Origin: Podarcis erhardii
Lineage: Eukaryota
Reading direction: 5' to 3' (one strand)
Length of the DNA stretch: 64,000 nucleotides
Assembly: GCA_964252035.1 (NCBI GenBank)
Contig: OZ176204.1
Shown here: in pieces, positions 11,135 to 61,048 of the stretch
How the letters are laid out: each line of letters begins with the position of its first letter
Position numbering within the stretch: position 1 is the stretch's first letter
The notes under the pieces: model-generated
Told to the model about the DNA's origin: nothing
What the model saw: the letters and a program-made list of their open reading frames with translations, nothing else
Database searches by the model: none
Program-made: the position numbers and the translations under genes

Positions 11135-11665
11135 AAATAAGGAAAGGACTGTGGGTCTTCTGCATGGTTAAATTACAGTGCACATTTCAATATTCTAATG
11201 CAAAAAATTGCACTCAAACCCCATTCTGCTAAAGAAAATCCACAAACTATGCCACCCATCACCCTTATAATACGGTTTTGAAATGCCTTCATTTGCTGTT
11301 CATCCAAATTTCTAGGCCCACTCACCCCATAATCCATTGTCTATAGCGAGCCTACACAAAATGTAAAAGGCTCATGGCTGTAGCCTCATACAGACAGCTC
11401 AGCAGGAAGCAAGACACACCTCAAACGACCATCATTCTTGCCAGAGCCCACCTTGTCAACATCACACCTTAAGCAAAGAATGGTGATTCATGTTCACCAA
11501 GTTTTGCAGCAAAGCACTTCAACTCATGATGTCAAGGTGCTGCTCAGCCTCACCTTCTGTTTAAATTAAGGCTTTCAGGAAGAGGAGCATATAACACATG
11601 GGGCAAAGGCAGCAACCGTGAACCTTCAGCACTAGCAAAGAGGCTGGCTAAATAGGGAAGCAGGG

Positions 11666-17316
<5,651 letters not shown>

Positions 17317-17565
17317 CGCTCCTTAAAGCTGCAACCCGGAAGCGACTCGCTCTTGACACGGAAAGGAATCCGAGCTATTTCCGGAAACGCCGCGACCGCG
17401 CACTCGGTGACCGCGACGCCACGTGACAGGTAGGACGGCGCCGCCTCTCGCGTGTGCGCCGCCGCCGAGGCCTCAGGGGTGGGCGGGGCTTCCTCCTCAG
17501 CTCAGGGGTGGTTTGGCGCAGAACTGCCGACATCCGCCGCGCCTCCGGAGCGGCCCCGAGGCGGA
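17317..17565. promoter_or_regulatory. Bidirectional CpG-island promoter shared by COX15 and CUTC
   Basis: Divergent start codons 250 bp apart; ETS/GABP-like CCGGAAG (~17336) and TTTCCGGAAA (~17378-17387); E-box CACGTGAC at 17420-17427; GC-rich from ~17070 to ~17790. Confidence 0.85.
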
Positions 17566-20500
17566 ATGAGGAGATGGGACCGGAAGCAGGGCCTGGCAGA
17601 AGGGTGTGAGGGTGAGTGGGCGGAGGGACGGCCGGAAGGAAGGAAGCGCCAGGGATCCCGAGGAATCCCGAGGGCGGGGCCGGGGCCGGAAATCCGGGCG
17701 GCTTCAAGGCCTCCCTTTCCCCCTCCCCAGAAGCAAGAGGAGCCAGAAATTTTAATACTGTTGTTCGGGGGGGGGGTGCCCTGAGCACACTCACGGCCGC
17801 TATGTGCATTCAGCAAAACCAAGTGGGATAGATTTTATTGGCATTTTTACATATCAGTCCTTTGTGATTAAAACGTAAAACCCAATTGAGTCCAAAGGGG
17901 TCCTTATTCTCAGGTGAGCGTCTGCAGGGTTGTAGCTATAGGCCTGAGGCCTGCAATCTTGCCTGCACTCAGTTGGGCTTGCTTGCTCGTTTGCGTATTT
18001 ATTTATTTAATTTCTATATTTTTAAGGGGGGAGTTGAAGCGCTTTACAAGCTACATTGAAGCATCAATTAAAGCAATCCTGAATAAAATATAATGGAATA
18101 AAAACAAATATAAAGTGTACCTTCAAAGCGACAGAGTTAATAGGAAACTGAAACATTACCTTAAAAGATTTCAAAACAAAACATAACAAAGGAGGTCAAC
18201 TACAGAATGCACATTTAATGCACTATGTTACTGGCCAAAGTTCCATCTGTTAGAGTTTCTAGAGTAAGTTCTGCATTTGCCTAAGGGAGACGCAGCAGGT
18301 TACAGGCTGGCCTTGCTGTCAGCTGTTCCCACGCATCTCAACTTCATCTTCCTGCTGGAGAACCTGAATCCTCTGAAATATCTGGAGAAAGGTGGAAGGG
18401 AAGTCAGCCCTGCTCAATTTAGTATTCTGAAAGGAGGAAAAATCTGAATCACCAGCACAGACTTTTTATTCAGAATGTAGAATGCTACTTTAAAGTGAGT
18501 CAGACCATAGAGCCATCTAGTTCAGTATTGTTTGCACTGACTTGACAGCAGTTCTCCAGGGTTTCAAACGGAGCAACCTAGCCCTACTTGGACTTACTGG
18601 GAATTGAACCTGCAGCCTTCTGAATACAAGGCACTACCGCTGAGCTGTGACCCATCCTTGAATCCTTCAAATTGGAGGCCCCCCCCCTTCAAACAAACAA
18701 ACATATAAACACACAGACAGACAGATCTGTTCAGACAATGCAACACAGAGAACAAGATCCAGGGAGAGCAAGAAGGCAAGGGGATCAGGAGTTACAGCAA
18801 AAGTAGCGTTCAACTTCCCATGTGTTTTTTCTGTACCTGTTTTGAGCTGATACAGATCAAGCTTGATTTCTTCTTTAAATTCACATGGTGATACAAGTTT
18901 TCTGTTCTTATTGTGTGTACCCTTTAAAGCAGCTGCTGACAGGTTAAGGCTTTGTAAGGTTACTGGTGATGGGGAATCTATGAAGCTTCTATTTCTGAGA
19001 GCTGGATGTGCTTGGGTGAGCAAGATGAAAGAAGCCAGTTAAAAGACAAAACAAGTGCTGGAGCTTGAGGTGGAAGGAATCGCCTCTCTCAATCACTGTC
19101 TCACTTTTCTCTGAGACAGAGCCTGATTGGCCCATAACCTCTGGTTGTGTTTCTCTTCTAGGAATGGCCAATGGCTTTCTCATGGAAGTATGTGTTGATT
19201 CTGTGGAGTCTGCTGTGAATGCAGAGAGAGGAGGTAATCCCATAAAAAAGATGGAAGATGAAATACTTAAGGATCACTGAGGGGTCTTTCTAGGCCAGGA
19301 CACCTCCGGGTACACATGCTATATGTATTGAAAAGAGAGGCACACTTACTTCCCCAAGCAGTGTGAAACTGTTTTATGAACCCTTTTAGGCTTGAAAGGT
19401 AGGATATTAAATGTTATAAACTGTTCAGTAAGTAAAGACTTCCAAAGTTCTGATCTAGGTTAGTGACACATAGATTCAGGATATGCATTTATATATTTTA
19501 ATTGCCTGCAACCCAATTACTCTAGCCTTTGAGAGTAGGGCAAACTGCAAATTTAAATGAATAAATGTTAATTGCCTTGTCTTCAGCTGCTTTAACTAAA
19601 GTTGTCCTGCTCTGTTTTGCTGCAGTGCATTATAAAACATGGGCTGAGATACTCAAATCACCTATTAATTGATTTTCTTTCTTAGTTACTGCCTGAGTAG
19701 GGGTTGAAGTCTATGTGGTGACCAATCTCACTCTTGGCTCGAAAATTTCCAGCACTCCTACCCATTGGTTTATTTTATTTATTACTTAAATTTGTTAGTT
19801 GCTACTTAACAAACAAACAGCATCCCCATACAGTGGTGCCCCGCAAGACGAACGCCTCGCAAGACGGAAAACCCGCTAGATGAAAGGGTTTTCCATTTTG
19901 GAGGCGCTTCGCAAAACGAATTTCCCTATGGGCTTGCTTCGCAAGACGAAAATGTCTTGCGAGTTCCTGCGGGGTTTCCCCCCCCCCCTTTTCCTAAGCC
20001 CTAAGCCGCTTATCAGCTGATCCGCTAAAAGCCGCTAAACCGCTAATAGCACTAATCCGCTAAGCTGTCAATGGGCTTGCTTCACAAGACGAAAAAAACG
20101 CTATACGAAGAGCCTCACGGAACGGATTAATTTCGTCTTGCGAGGCACCACTGTACCTTAACACACCCAACATAGATACATTAAAACCAAGGAGGGGGAG
20201 GGAGGGAATACTTTAAAAAACACTTCTAAGTGGCCACAGATAGTTAAAGGCCAAAGGCCTGCTTATAGAGGAAGGTTTTTGCCTGGCAGCTAAAGACATA
20301 TAATGATGGAGCCGGGTGAACTTCCCTTGTTGGATTATAGCAAGGACCACATGGTTTCTTCATTATGTAGATCTCTGTTAAAATCTTGCAAACCACTTAT
20401 ATTCAGAGGTTTGATGTGTGACCCTGTTGCAGGTGCTGGCCGCCTTGAACTGTGTGCCAACCTCATGGAAGGAGGAACAACACCTACTATAGGTGAGTTG

Positions 20501-23500
20501 GCACATACAAGCCAAGATCTAATCCACCATTTCCCTGCAAGATGTAGCACTACTGAGCAGCCAAGCAATGTGGAGAAATGTTTGGACCTCTGCCCTCTAG
20601 GCCCTCTGCTCCTGGAACAGAAAGAAAATACCTGTTGTTCTGCTTGCTCTTTTTGTGTTCTTCTGTGTCATCAGCACCTCCTGGTCTTTTTGCAAGACAG
20701 GCTGTTATTTAATCACCCTATTTCACCTTCCCTTCTTCAGCAGCCCCTTCTCCTAAATTTTGCAAAAAGCGTTTGACATCTGTCCTGTTCTCTTCTCACT
20801 TGCTTCTCTTAGACCCAGTGCTGATGGTCTAGCTCTGGGATGGGGAACGTGTAGCTCTCCAGGTGTTGTTGGACTCCCAACTCGCCTCAGCCTAAACGGT
20901 CAGTGGTCAGTTGATTGGAGTTGTAGTTCACCAACATCTGGAGGGCATCTTCTTGGCTACTCCAGACATAGGCAGAACTGACCTAGATGGCTCAGTGGTC
21001 TCCCTTTGTATAAGGCATCATGCTATGTTCCTAAGTTCCTCCGTACCATGTTCTAGGTTTCACTTCTTGTCCATCTCATAGAACAATCCAGTACATAACT
21101 GACACCATGTCCTAAACCTGTTTGACTGCAGGCCTTTTGCAAGTGGTGAAGCAGTGTATAAGGGTGCCTGTATTTGTGATGATCCGCCCCCGTGGGGGGG
21201 ATTTCCTCTATTCTGACCGAGAAGTGGAGGTGATGAAGGCAGACATCCGACTTGCCAAGCAACATGGGGCTGATGGGTTGGTGTTTGGAGCCTTGACTGA
21301 GGATGGACGTGTGGATACAGAGCTCTGCACAGCACTGCTGGGTGAGCAGGCTTTACTTTTCATAGGGCTTATTTGGTGCTTGAGTAGTGATTGTTGTACA
21401 GTGCCACCAGCTAATAATTCCTTGGTTCAAATTAAGAAATATTTCCTACAGGCAAGAGGCAAGATCCATGAGATACTAGGGCCTGCCTCACTATATTGAG
21501 CTATTCATTTACAGTATAAGAAAACATCTAATCCACCCTTCATCATGTGAAGGGTGGGTTACAGTGGAATAAAAACAATGCAGCACTATTTATAAAAACA
21601 TATATAAATGGAGCTTATTGGGGGGAAATGGCCATGGTGCGGAACTTCTGACTCCCCACTCCAAAAAAAAGAGGCTGGGGAAATATTGAAGTTTCACCTG
21701 ATGCCAAAATGACAACAGCGCTTTAGCACCAGTCGTGCTCCTAGGGCAGTCTTCACCAAGCTGGTATCCTCCAGGTGTTTGGGGCTATAACTCCCATTAG
21801 CCCCAGCTAATTTGACAAAGGCTGCTCTAGAGGGAGGACATTTCATAGGTCATTCCGTAAATGAATGGATTATTCAGATAAAGCAGGAGCCAAATGCTGT
21901 GATGGTTGGGATGAGTGACCTTTGTTTGTAAGAAGGGGCTCTGTGCAGATCTGATGGAGAGAGTGATAGGTAGCCATAAATTCTGCACAGAAGGAAGAAT
22001 TATCCAGAAGAATAGGAAACTTTATTGAAAGAATGATAATTGTATGGTTTTTCTGGACCCTCAAAAATGCAAAAAAAAATAATTACTAGCTATTTTCTCT
22101 ATTTAACTGAAACTGACAGTATATCTTCTGATGAAGAATTAGTCTTGCTAGGGGAAGCCTGTCCTCTCCCTGCATGCCCCCCAAAATTGGCTCTAGCTAG
22201 GGGAAGCCTGTCCTCTTCCTATATGTCGCCCCCCCCCCCCGGAACAGCACACAGGAGGAGGAAAGGTGGGGAAAGTTCTGTGAGGCAAGCTGAAATACTG
22301 CAGCTAAACTATTTTAACCAGAAGCCAATATCCATTCACTCCATGGTTGATTATTCCACAGGCTACCTAGGGAAGAGTGGATACATCTTCAGTCTACTCC
22401 AGGATTGCTTTTTTAAATAAGTACATAAGCCCAACATGTGTGAGGGGTTTGATACACAAAATGTGAAAAGAAATGCCATTCAAAGAGCTAGCTAGTGGGC
22501 AGTCTTAGTGGAAATGAGAAAGGATTATGAATCCATATTGCAGAAATGGTGTCAGATGACTACAGCCACCTTGGTTGAACCATCTGGAGAACTTTCCTTT
22601 CTTTCCAGGGCCAGTAGCAGAAGCATTGCCTTCACAAAGACAACCCCTAAGCAAAGGTATACTAACCATCTGGGATCTGTTCTTTTTGCAGCTGCTTCCC
22701 GCCCTCTGCCAGTCACCTTCCACAGAGGTGAGTTTCTGCTTGCTGGTTTCCCATAGACATCTGCTTGGCCACTGAGAACATGATGCTGGACTGGATAGGC
22801 CATTGGACAGGTCCAGCAGACTCTTCTTACAGAGCTTGGAGTGGGGAATGAAAGCCTGACTGCCTAATTGCAGGATGTAGGCTCAGGCACAATGGCCTTA
22901 CCTTGGTGAGGTGGGGGGACTATGAGAATGTACTCTGGGAATTGCACATATTAGAACTGTCCACCAGGGATTTGGGACTAGGCTAAAGCCTGGAATATGC
23001 CAGACTGACGTGCTCCATTTTTATCAGCAGCTTTTGACATGGTCTATGACCCTTTGGCAGCCTTGGAAACGCTAATATCGATGGGCTTTGAACGGGTCCT
23101 GACTAGTGGCTGTGACAGCTCTGTTCTAGAGGGGCTGCCCTTGATAAAACGACTGACAGAACAGGTGAGGTGTCATCTCTACCAAATTTGTAACTCTGAT
23201 ACACTTTTCTTGCCTACTTAAGAGTGGGCTATCCAAGGAACTGGACAGAGTGTGGTGGGGCAGAGAAATGCCAGCTAGCAGTCTTTCATGGTCTTCAGAT
23301 GGGTGAGGGTTTCTCAACGATTAAGGGTAAAAACTGGCCTCCCCATTGAATATACAGAAACTGTGCCTTGCACCTTCTGATACAATAGCTTCTTTCAGTA
23401 TTGCATGAATTCCCATAGGCTACCGCAATAAATTAGCTCCCATCTTCTCTTTTAAGTATACAATATGCGCATGGCACACCCATATCTCACACCTGTCCAG

Positions 23501-25226
23501 CAGAATGCACAACAGTCAAAAAAGTCTACGAAGGAGTCACTCGGTTATTTTAAAGTTGCTTCCAGTCTCTAACACTGGGGTGAAGTTGAAGCAGTACCTG
23601 ACAGCATATAGTTTCTGAAGTTCAACCATCCCAGGATGGGGGTGAAACTTGGTAGATCCTCAGTTGTTTGACTTTGCAGAGGTGAAATATACACAATGAT
23701 AGACGGAGTGTGGGAGCATACTTTCCTAGAGGAGCATGTAAGAAACTCAACATGACCGTATTACTTGGAGCAAACCCTTTGAAAAGCAGCATTAAAAAAA
23801 TGAAATTAAATATTGCAAATAAATACATTCTACATCTTCCTTAACAGAATATTTGTGCTACCCATTTGGTGTGTTTTCTCCTATAAGCAAGACCACTAAA
23901 CCTATTTTCTCTTCCTTTTCAGGCTAAGGGCAGGATTGTTGTAGTGCCAGGTAAGACTCTGCAGTGAGTACCACTTGTTGGCATAGATCAGAACTCTAGC
24001 ACCAACCAAGCATGTTGTTAGGCAGCCCCACTTGCCCAAGTGGCAAGAAGTCCAGGAACAGAGCTTTAGGGTGCAATTCCCTTTGGATGAGAGTGCACGA
24101 AAGACTTAATCTTCATAATATTTACTTATTTGCAGATATAAAAACAGACAGAGCGTAGTAGAAATAGATGGATGTCACAACTGCATTAGGTTAAAGGAAT
24201 AGTGTGGACACCCACGCACAACCCCTACCTGCTTAACTTGCTGCTGTAGACTCTCTGCCTCTGTCAATCCAAAATCAATTTGCTTCTAGCTATCTGTCCC
24301 TTCCTTAAACTCTTATAGGTATGGCATTATGAAGGCAAAGATTTCCAGGCATCAAGGAACATTAACTAATGTTCCCTTATCGTGTTCCTGAGTGATCACT
24401 AACTGTCAGGCAAAACAAAAGCAGTGGGCCATTTGCTAATCAGCAGCTAAACTGATAAGATAATACCTGATGGGCATCTGCTCCCTTCCAGAGGCATATT
24501 TAGGAGCTCTGCCTGCTTCAGAGCTGTGAGTGCAGCCTGCATTGACCCTAAAGATTAGCCCCTGGTTCAGAGCAAAGGGATTTCCCCCATCTATTTAATG
24601 ACCCAGAATGTAGCTCTGTCTATTCCTGCTTAACTTCATGTTTGTGACTGAGTGATGGGTTCTCTCCACCAGGGGGAGGCATAACCGAGAGAAACCTGCA
24701 GAGAATCTTAGAAGGCTCTGGCGCCTCTGAGTTTCACTGCTCGGCGCGCTCACTCAAAGACTCAGGAATGAAGTTCAGGTAACTGAGCAAGTTTCTATCC
24801 TGACTTACTGAGGGGCCCAAGCCTTGCTTCCATCTCCCGATGCAGCTCCACCGTTTGGGGTAGTAACTTGACTAAGAACATCTGGGGCACTGGAACCTGA
24901 CAGGTGCATTTAGCTGGGAGCAAGGCATCGTTGCATTAGGGATGGATTTGTGTCTGTAGCTCATAGTTGCAGATGCAATGGGTTACGGTAGCACCCAAAA
25001 GGCAACATGACAGCAGATTATGGCCCAGTGGGTAGGACTTAGGATGGTTCTTTTTCCGGCTCTTCTAGGTCCAGGTTCCAGACAGTAACCAAAGACTTGT
25101 TGGTATTCTTTTAGAAACCCTTACATTACCATGGGGGCCTACCTCTCCACACCTGAATATTCCATCAAGGTGGCCGATGTGGCTAAAGTGAGGACCCTGA
25201 ATGCAATTGCAAAGAATATCCTGTAG
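17566..25226 (+). CDS. CUTC: Copper homeostasis protein CutC homolog, complete, 267 aa
   Basis: Exons 17566-17611, 19162-19233, 20433-20492, 21132-21341, 22692-22727, 23031-23164, 23923-23950, 24673-24778, 25115-25226 (TAG); total 804 bp. Motifs LMEVCVDS, RLELC..L.EGGTTP, MIRPRGGDF, TFHRAFD, LTSG, PGGGI, EFHCSA. Exon 1 is less certain than exons 2-9. Confidence 0.95.
18493..18653 (-). mobile_element. tRNA-derived squamate SINE
   Basis: On the minus strand: A-box AGCTCAGCGGTAG and B-box GGTTCAATTCCC, followed by a body similar to the copy at 63546. Confidence 0.7.
19831..20153. mobile_element. Tc1/mariner-type MITE, 323 bp
   Basis: 22-bp TIRs CAGTGGTGCC(C/T)CGCAAGACGAA with 1 mismatch; TA TSD at 19829-19830 and 20154-20155; internal GCAAGACG and CCGCTAA repeats; in CUTC intron 2. 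Confidence 0.9.
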
Positions 25227-25879
25227 AACAAGCTACTGTGGGCCAGGAAGACCCAGAGCCCTGTGACCTGCGCAATCCATAGACTTAGACATTTCAACTG
25301 CATCCTTGCCAGCGCTTAAAGGACATGGGTCAATCAAATGAAGAAGCCTCTGCTTGTTTTTCTCCTATTCCCACTTGCTCCACAGCGTTTTTTCCTCAGA
25401 TGTCGTAATGCCGTTTTGTCTGTGGGGAGCAAATGACGGGGAGGGGCTTAATTAAAGGGGTACTCGCCATCGGGCAACACTCTCCCTGTTAAGGTCTCTT
25501 CTCAAATAAACCCTGAAGCCACTCCGTATCACTGTGGCTTTTCTTCCTGTAGAGGCCATGGCAAGACTTTGAACTGCTCCCAAAGGAAATGGGCCGGGGG
25601 GGGGGTGGAAAGCACATTGGGTGTTGCAGGCTTCCTTCATCCCACCTCAGTTTGATTGGAGTGGAAGACGACTTCTTTGAAGTACATAGAGGAAAGTGGT
25701 AAAGCAATATTGCAATTGCAGGAGGAGGAATCTCTCTGAGAGGGTTAGAGAGCAATCACAAGGTGACCAAGCACTGCAGTTCCGTACACCTGACAGCAAA
25801 ATTTCATTGTTGTCTGGTTCTGGATTCTGTCCTACAGAAGTCATTAGAGAGGGTGAAGTTTCTATGTAATTTATATAAA

Positions 25880-26340
25880 AAAATTATATACCACTATTCA
25901 TAAAAATGCCAGAGTAGTTTGCAACAATTATACATAAAACCACACAACAAAAACCATATTGAAAAGTTAAAATCAGAAATGAGGTAGCTTTTACAGAAAG
26001 ATGTATTCTTGATTTCCTGCATGAACCTGTTAATCCTTATTGGCAGAACATTCCACAGTGCTGGACTGATGATGCTAAAGGCTTGGACTCTTATTGTCAG
26101 ATCTCCACCAATTTGGGGAATGACCAACGACGCTCCTGCAAATGATCTTAGTGACTGAGCTGGGCTATAAGGGTTCAGGCGGAATGAGGCCAAGGGAAGC
26201 CCCACACAGAGCATATTGCAGTAATCCAACCTCACATTTATCAACACCTGGACTACAGTGGCCAGGCTGCAAGGTTGCCCTAAGGGCTTCATTTTCTTGC
26301 CCTTATGGCACTTGCCTCCATTTGCATAGCTTCATGACAA
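25880..26340 (-). mobile_element. L2 LINE 3' relic
   Basis: ORF 25894..26292 contains LATVVQVLINVRLDYCNMLCVGLP and QAFSIISPALWNVLP, degenerate L2 ORF2 C-terminal motifs. Confidence 0.8.
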
Positions 26341-27893
26341 GCAGGGCAGCTCCTCAGGTAAGTTAACCTTCCAGAATAATCAGTATCTTGAGGAGGAGCA
26401 GAAGTTCAGAGAAGTTCAGAAAACGTTTGAGGTTTTATCTGACTCTGGTAAGGGGAGTTTAGAGATTCATAGATTGTGTAAGATAGAGTCATGTGGTTTC
26501 TGCTGCTAAAGGCCGTTGTGGATCTCACACAATGACTCACAAGTAAAGCTAAGCCAAATCATGACTTGGCACAAATTCTCTGGCATACAGAAGAGGAGAG
26601 ATTGTGATTGCTCCTCTGGGCCTGCCGCTTCAAGCTAAGCCTGGGCCCATGCCTGAAGCAAGACAAACCATGGTCTTGGGCTTACTTTACAACAGCAGGA
26701 CTAGAGAAGGAGCAAAGCAGATGTGAATTTTGAGAACCTGTGTGTCTCATCTATGAAATTCAGCTCCTCTGCCCCCCTCCACCTTTACAAATAAAAGTAC
26801 CCTGAGAAAGGGGAACACCGTTGCAACAGCCTGCCATTAACACCAATTTGTAGGAAAGGAATTATTTCACCCTGTGGTAGAACCACACATTGGCCCTTCC
26901 CTGTGTCTCAGCTTAAGGCAGAATTGGGAGTTAGAAAGTTGTCCATTATGGAAAGGTGGTCTTCACTTCCCATTTCCTAAGGTTGTGTTGTGTGCTCCTG
27001 AATTTTAACAGACTGCTGCCATACAGATAGGGACACTGTTTATAATATGATGAGATTTGATTAACTATCTAATAATTAACCATGAGGGATTTAAATTGCT
27101 TGTTCCATGGACATTGGACCCTTTAGTCAGGACTATGAATCACAGTCGGTTCTGGGTTTATTGATTGTATAAAGAATGAGACAGCAGAATCTCTCTTGGC
27201 TTTTTTCAGTTCGTTTCAGGAACACTTTGGGCAAGGGGGGGGCGGAGACACAAAATGAGGTCAGTATTACTGCTGGTGGTTTTTGTCTTTTATCCTGAGT
27301 AGTATTTTCATAGTTCCTGGCCCCCCACCCCCCTCCAACCTGGTTTGCTCACTCTCAGACCACTTTTTGTGATTCAGTACTTCCCAGTTGAGATCTATGG
27401 ATCCCCCAGTGTGGTACCAATCTAATGGGACACTAGAACACTCCGTGACGCTTGACTGGCTGTGTAGGATTACACAATGGGGATACCTAGCTGCTGGAAT
27501 GGGGAAGACTCTGCTGCATACTTTCAGAAACTCCTTGCCCACAGAAATCATGATGCAGAAGAACAATGGGGCAGAATCAGACCGAGACAGTCCTGGAAAT
27601 CTGCGGAGGTGGAGAGTAGCATAGGAAATTCCCTAGTGTGGAAAAGGGGTCATGGTTGTCTTCCCACGCTTTCTTCCCAGGTATTATTCAACTTTATCAC
27701 CACTGGGGAAGGGGGTCTTAGACTAGCGGTGAGTCAACTTGAGGGATCTCATCCAAGACAGCACACGTTGCTGCCCACCAGAATCCACGCCGCCACCTCT
27801 CCTGCAGTGTCTCTGGCCATACCCAGGCAGCGCCTCTGCCTATGCCATCCAAGGTTCATGAATTTGATCCATGGGGCTGACTGCACACCAGGA

Positions 27894-27906
27894 GTTAACG
27901 ATTAAT
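27894..27906 (+). promoter_or_regulatory. HNF1-like site in the ABCC2 proximal promoter
   Basis: GTTAACGATTAAT vs consensus GTTAATNATTAAC (2 mismatches), about 120 bp upstream of the ATG. Confidence 0.55.
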
Positions 27907-28027
27907 GATTTGTTGTTGAGAGGCTGTGCCCAACGCCCCTCGGTTGAACCTGTGAGACTTTCATCCTGCTCAGCCTCTCTGGCTGATAGATAGGTCGGAC
28001 AAAGGCAGGAGGAAGAAGTGCCTTGCC

Positions 28028-58904
<30,877 letters not shown>

Positions 58905-59679
58905 AGGCAAGGGCAGCAAGACCAAGGCCAGCTTCACGCATCCCTGTGGTAGCTTTTCCTGGACTTTTACCTTTGACTGGGTGCCAACACTGTCTGTACC
59001 AGCAGTGATATTATGCCTGAAGCACAGATTGTATCATCATACAGTTTCTGGGCACACTGCACTCAACCAGCTTGTATCTTCAGACAGCTACTTGATATTT
59101 TCTTTGGCCCTGAACTCAAGCACCGCCTATAAGCCAGCCATGGTTCTGCAGAAGGGGTGCACTTTTACTATCGCCCTCCAAGATAGAAAAGATCAACGGA
59201 AGCTCTACCACTCCTCCTTTGTTTCAAGACACAGTGTAGAAGTTCCCATACAATTCTCCGTGCTATGAAGTAGGCAAAAACAAGCCGGTGGTGTTTAGTC
59301 TTAACTGGTTCCGTTTATCGCCCCCCTGCCCCCCAAAATGCATCACCTTCCAGATTCATGTTTCTTTGGGGATACCGGCAGCTTTTGTTTCCTCCTCCTT
59401 GCATGGGGTTTCACACCTTCATCTGGAGGTGGGGTGGAGAGGATTTAGGTGACAAATTAGAACTTCACAACACTTAGTACATGGAGAAGTGCTGGAAGGT
59501 GCTGACTAATAACTATTTGGGAATCTTGTCCCAAACAGTCCAGTCTCTGTACCCTTCTTTTAAATTTGCTGTCACAAGGTGTTTCAAATGTGGGGTGCAC
59601 TGGGTTTTTTTAAAAAAAGTTTTCATACCCTGTCTACTGACCAAAGTTCCTGAGGCATCTTACGCTGTATTTAAAATAC

Positions 59680-59685
59680 AATAAA
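59680..59685 (+). terminator. Candidate ABCC2 polyadenylation signal
   Basis: AATAAA about 780 bp after the ABCC2 stop codon. Confidence 0.55.
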
Positions 59686-60080
59686 ATGGACAATAATTAC
59701 TGAAGCGGGACAAACATTTCTTGCATGTTCCTGGCCCTAGACTTCCCCTAGGTGCAGCAGGCACTGGGGAAGCAAAGTATGAAAATACAAGTTTGCTTTT
59801 CTTGCTATTGGGTGTTCCCACCCTTCCCAATATTCCAGAAGGATTTTCCTTGGCACAAAGAAAAGTTAGGCATAAGTGGCTCTTACTCTTATAGGTCAAT
59901 CTCCCATTTTTGCCAGTACTGTTACCATTCATCCCTGGACCATCATAATATTTAATTGTTCCTGACAATCTTGGTGTTTGTGTGCTCAAGTTGAGGCATG
60001 CTGCTTGCTGTCATAAGGAGAAGGGGTAACGCAAACGGGGGGACTGTCCATGAATCATTCAAGATATGTCATAAAAAGTT

Positions 60081-60086
60081 TTTATT
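60081..60086 (-). terminator. Candidate DNMBP polyadenylation signal
   Basis: TTTATT on + (AATAAA on -), about 960 bp after the DNMBP stop codon. Confidence 0.55.
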
Positions 60087-60208
60087 TACAAAACAGCAGC
60101 TCAGGAGGCACAATGCAGCTGTTATTCTCTGCTCTTTTATCTTGGAGCAGGAATACCCCCCCCCCAAAAAAAAACCTCTGACTTGGGGCAAGGTGGTCCT
60201 AGCAGTAT

Positions 60209-60210
<2 letters not shown>

Positions 60211-60253
<43 letters not shown>
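60211..60253. repeat. (AC)n microsatellite in the putative DNMBP 3'UTR
   Basis: Read directly from the sequence. Confidence 0.95.
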
Positions 60254-60254
<1 letters not shown>

Positions 60255-61048
60255 CAGCATTCAAGGTGTGCCACCAGACCCCACCTGAAGCTGCGTGAAG
60301 GAGCCCTTATGCACTTTGCAACAGCCAATGCCAAGTAACACTGAGAGAAAGGAAGCACTCTTGTTTTCAGTAGCTAATCTCCAGCACCCTTGCATACAAC
60401 ATTACAGTCTGTAGGAAAACAAAATTGCAACCTGTCTTTGTATTAGATCCACTACTGAACAAGAGGCCAGCCTGCAGTGGATCTTCAGTCTTGCAACTGT
60501 TTCATGCCATGATAGCTACATGGAACATCTAAGTTCAGAGACAGCGCAGACTTTTGCATACCATTTGCTGGGGGGGCAGATGAGGGGCCATTGCCTGCAG
60601 GCTCTGCTAGTGGGCTCCTAGAAGGATGGTTACGGGGAAGCAGGTAAGATGGATCCTTAGACTGATCTGACAGGGCACACCCAGCCCCCTGGGTTACCAT
60701 TTGCCAGATGCCTTACAGTTGCATAACCGGCAGCTAGTCTGAAACTTGTTAGTCAAAGGAGACTAAACACCTACTTCAAGGGGGAATAAACTCCACACGG
60801 CAATGCTTGAGGCGAGGGGCACTGCCCCTCAGGACCAGGCACAGAGAGGTTCAGTCTCATTAGGGTAAAACAGCAGAACCCCCTGGAAGCACTTCATTCA
60901 ACTTCACGGGAAACCTGGTTTGGCTCCCCCAAAATGTATCCAATTGAAACCATAGGGGAAGGGGATGGAGAGCACAAGGCCTCCCTCTTCAGCCTGGCTC
61001 CAACAGCGATTAAGGCAGCAGTTTCTGGCAACTCCAGACAAACATCCT

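Noticed and set aside
22147-22216. 21-bp direct repeat GCTAGGGGAAGCCTGTCCTCT x2
   Set aside because: A small local intronic duplication with no further structure.
25894-26292. 132-aa ORF as a host gene
   Set aside because: It carries degenerate L2 ORF2 motifs with an internal deletion, so it is a LINE relic.
27943-27965. ER-8 nuclear-receptor element like that in the rodent Mrp2 promoter
   Set aside because: TGAACC is present but the second half-site and spacing do not fit TGAACT-n8-AGTTCA.
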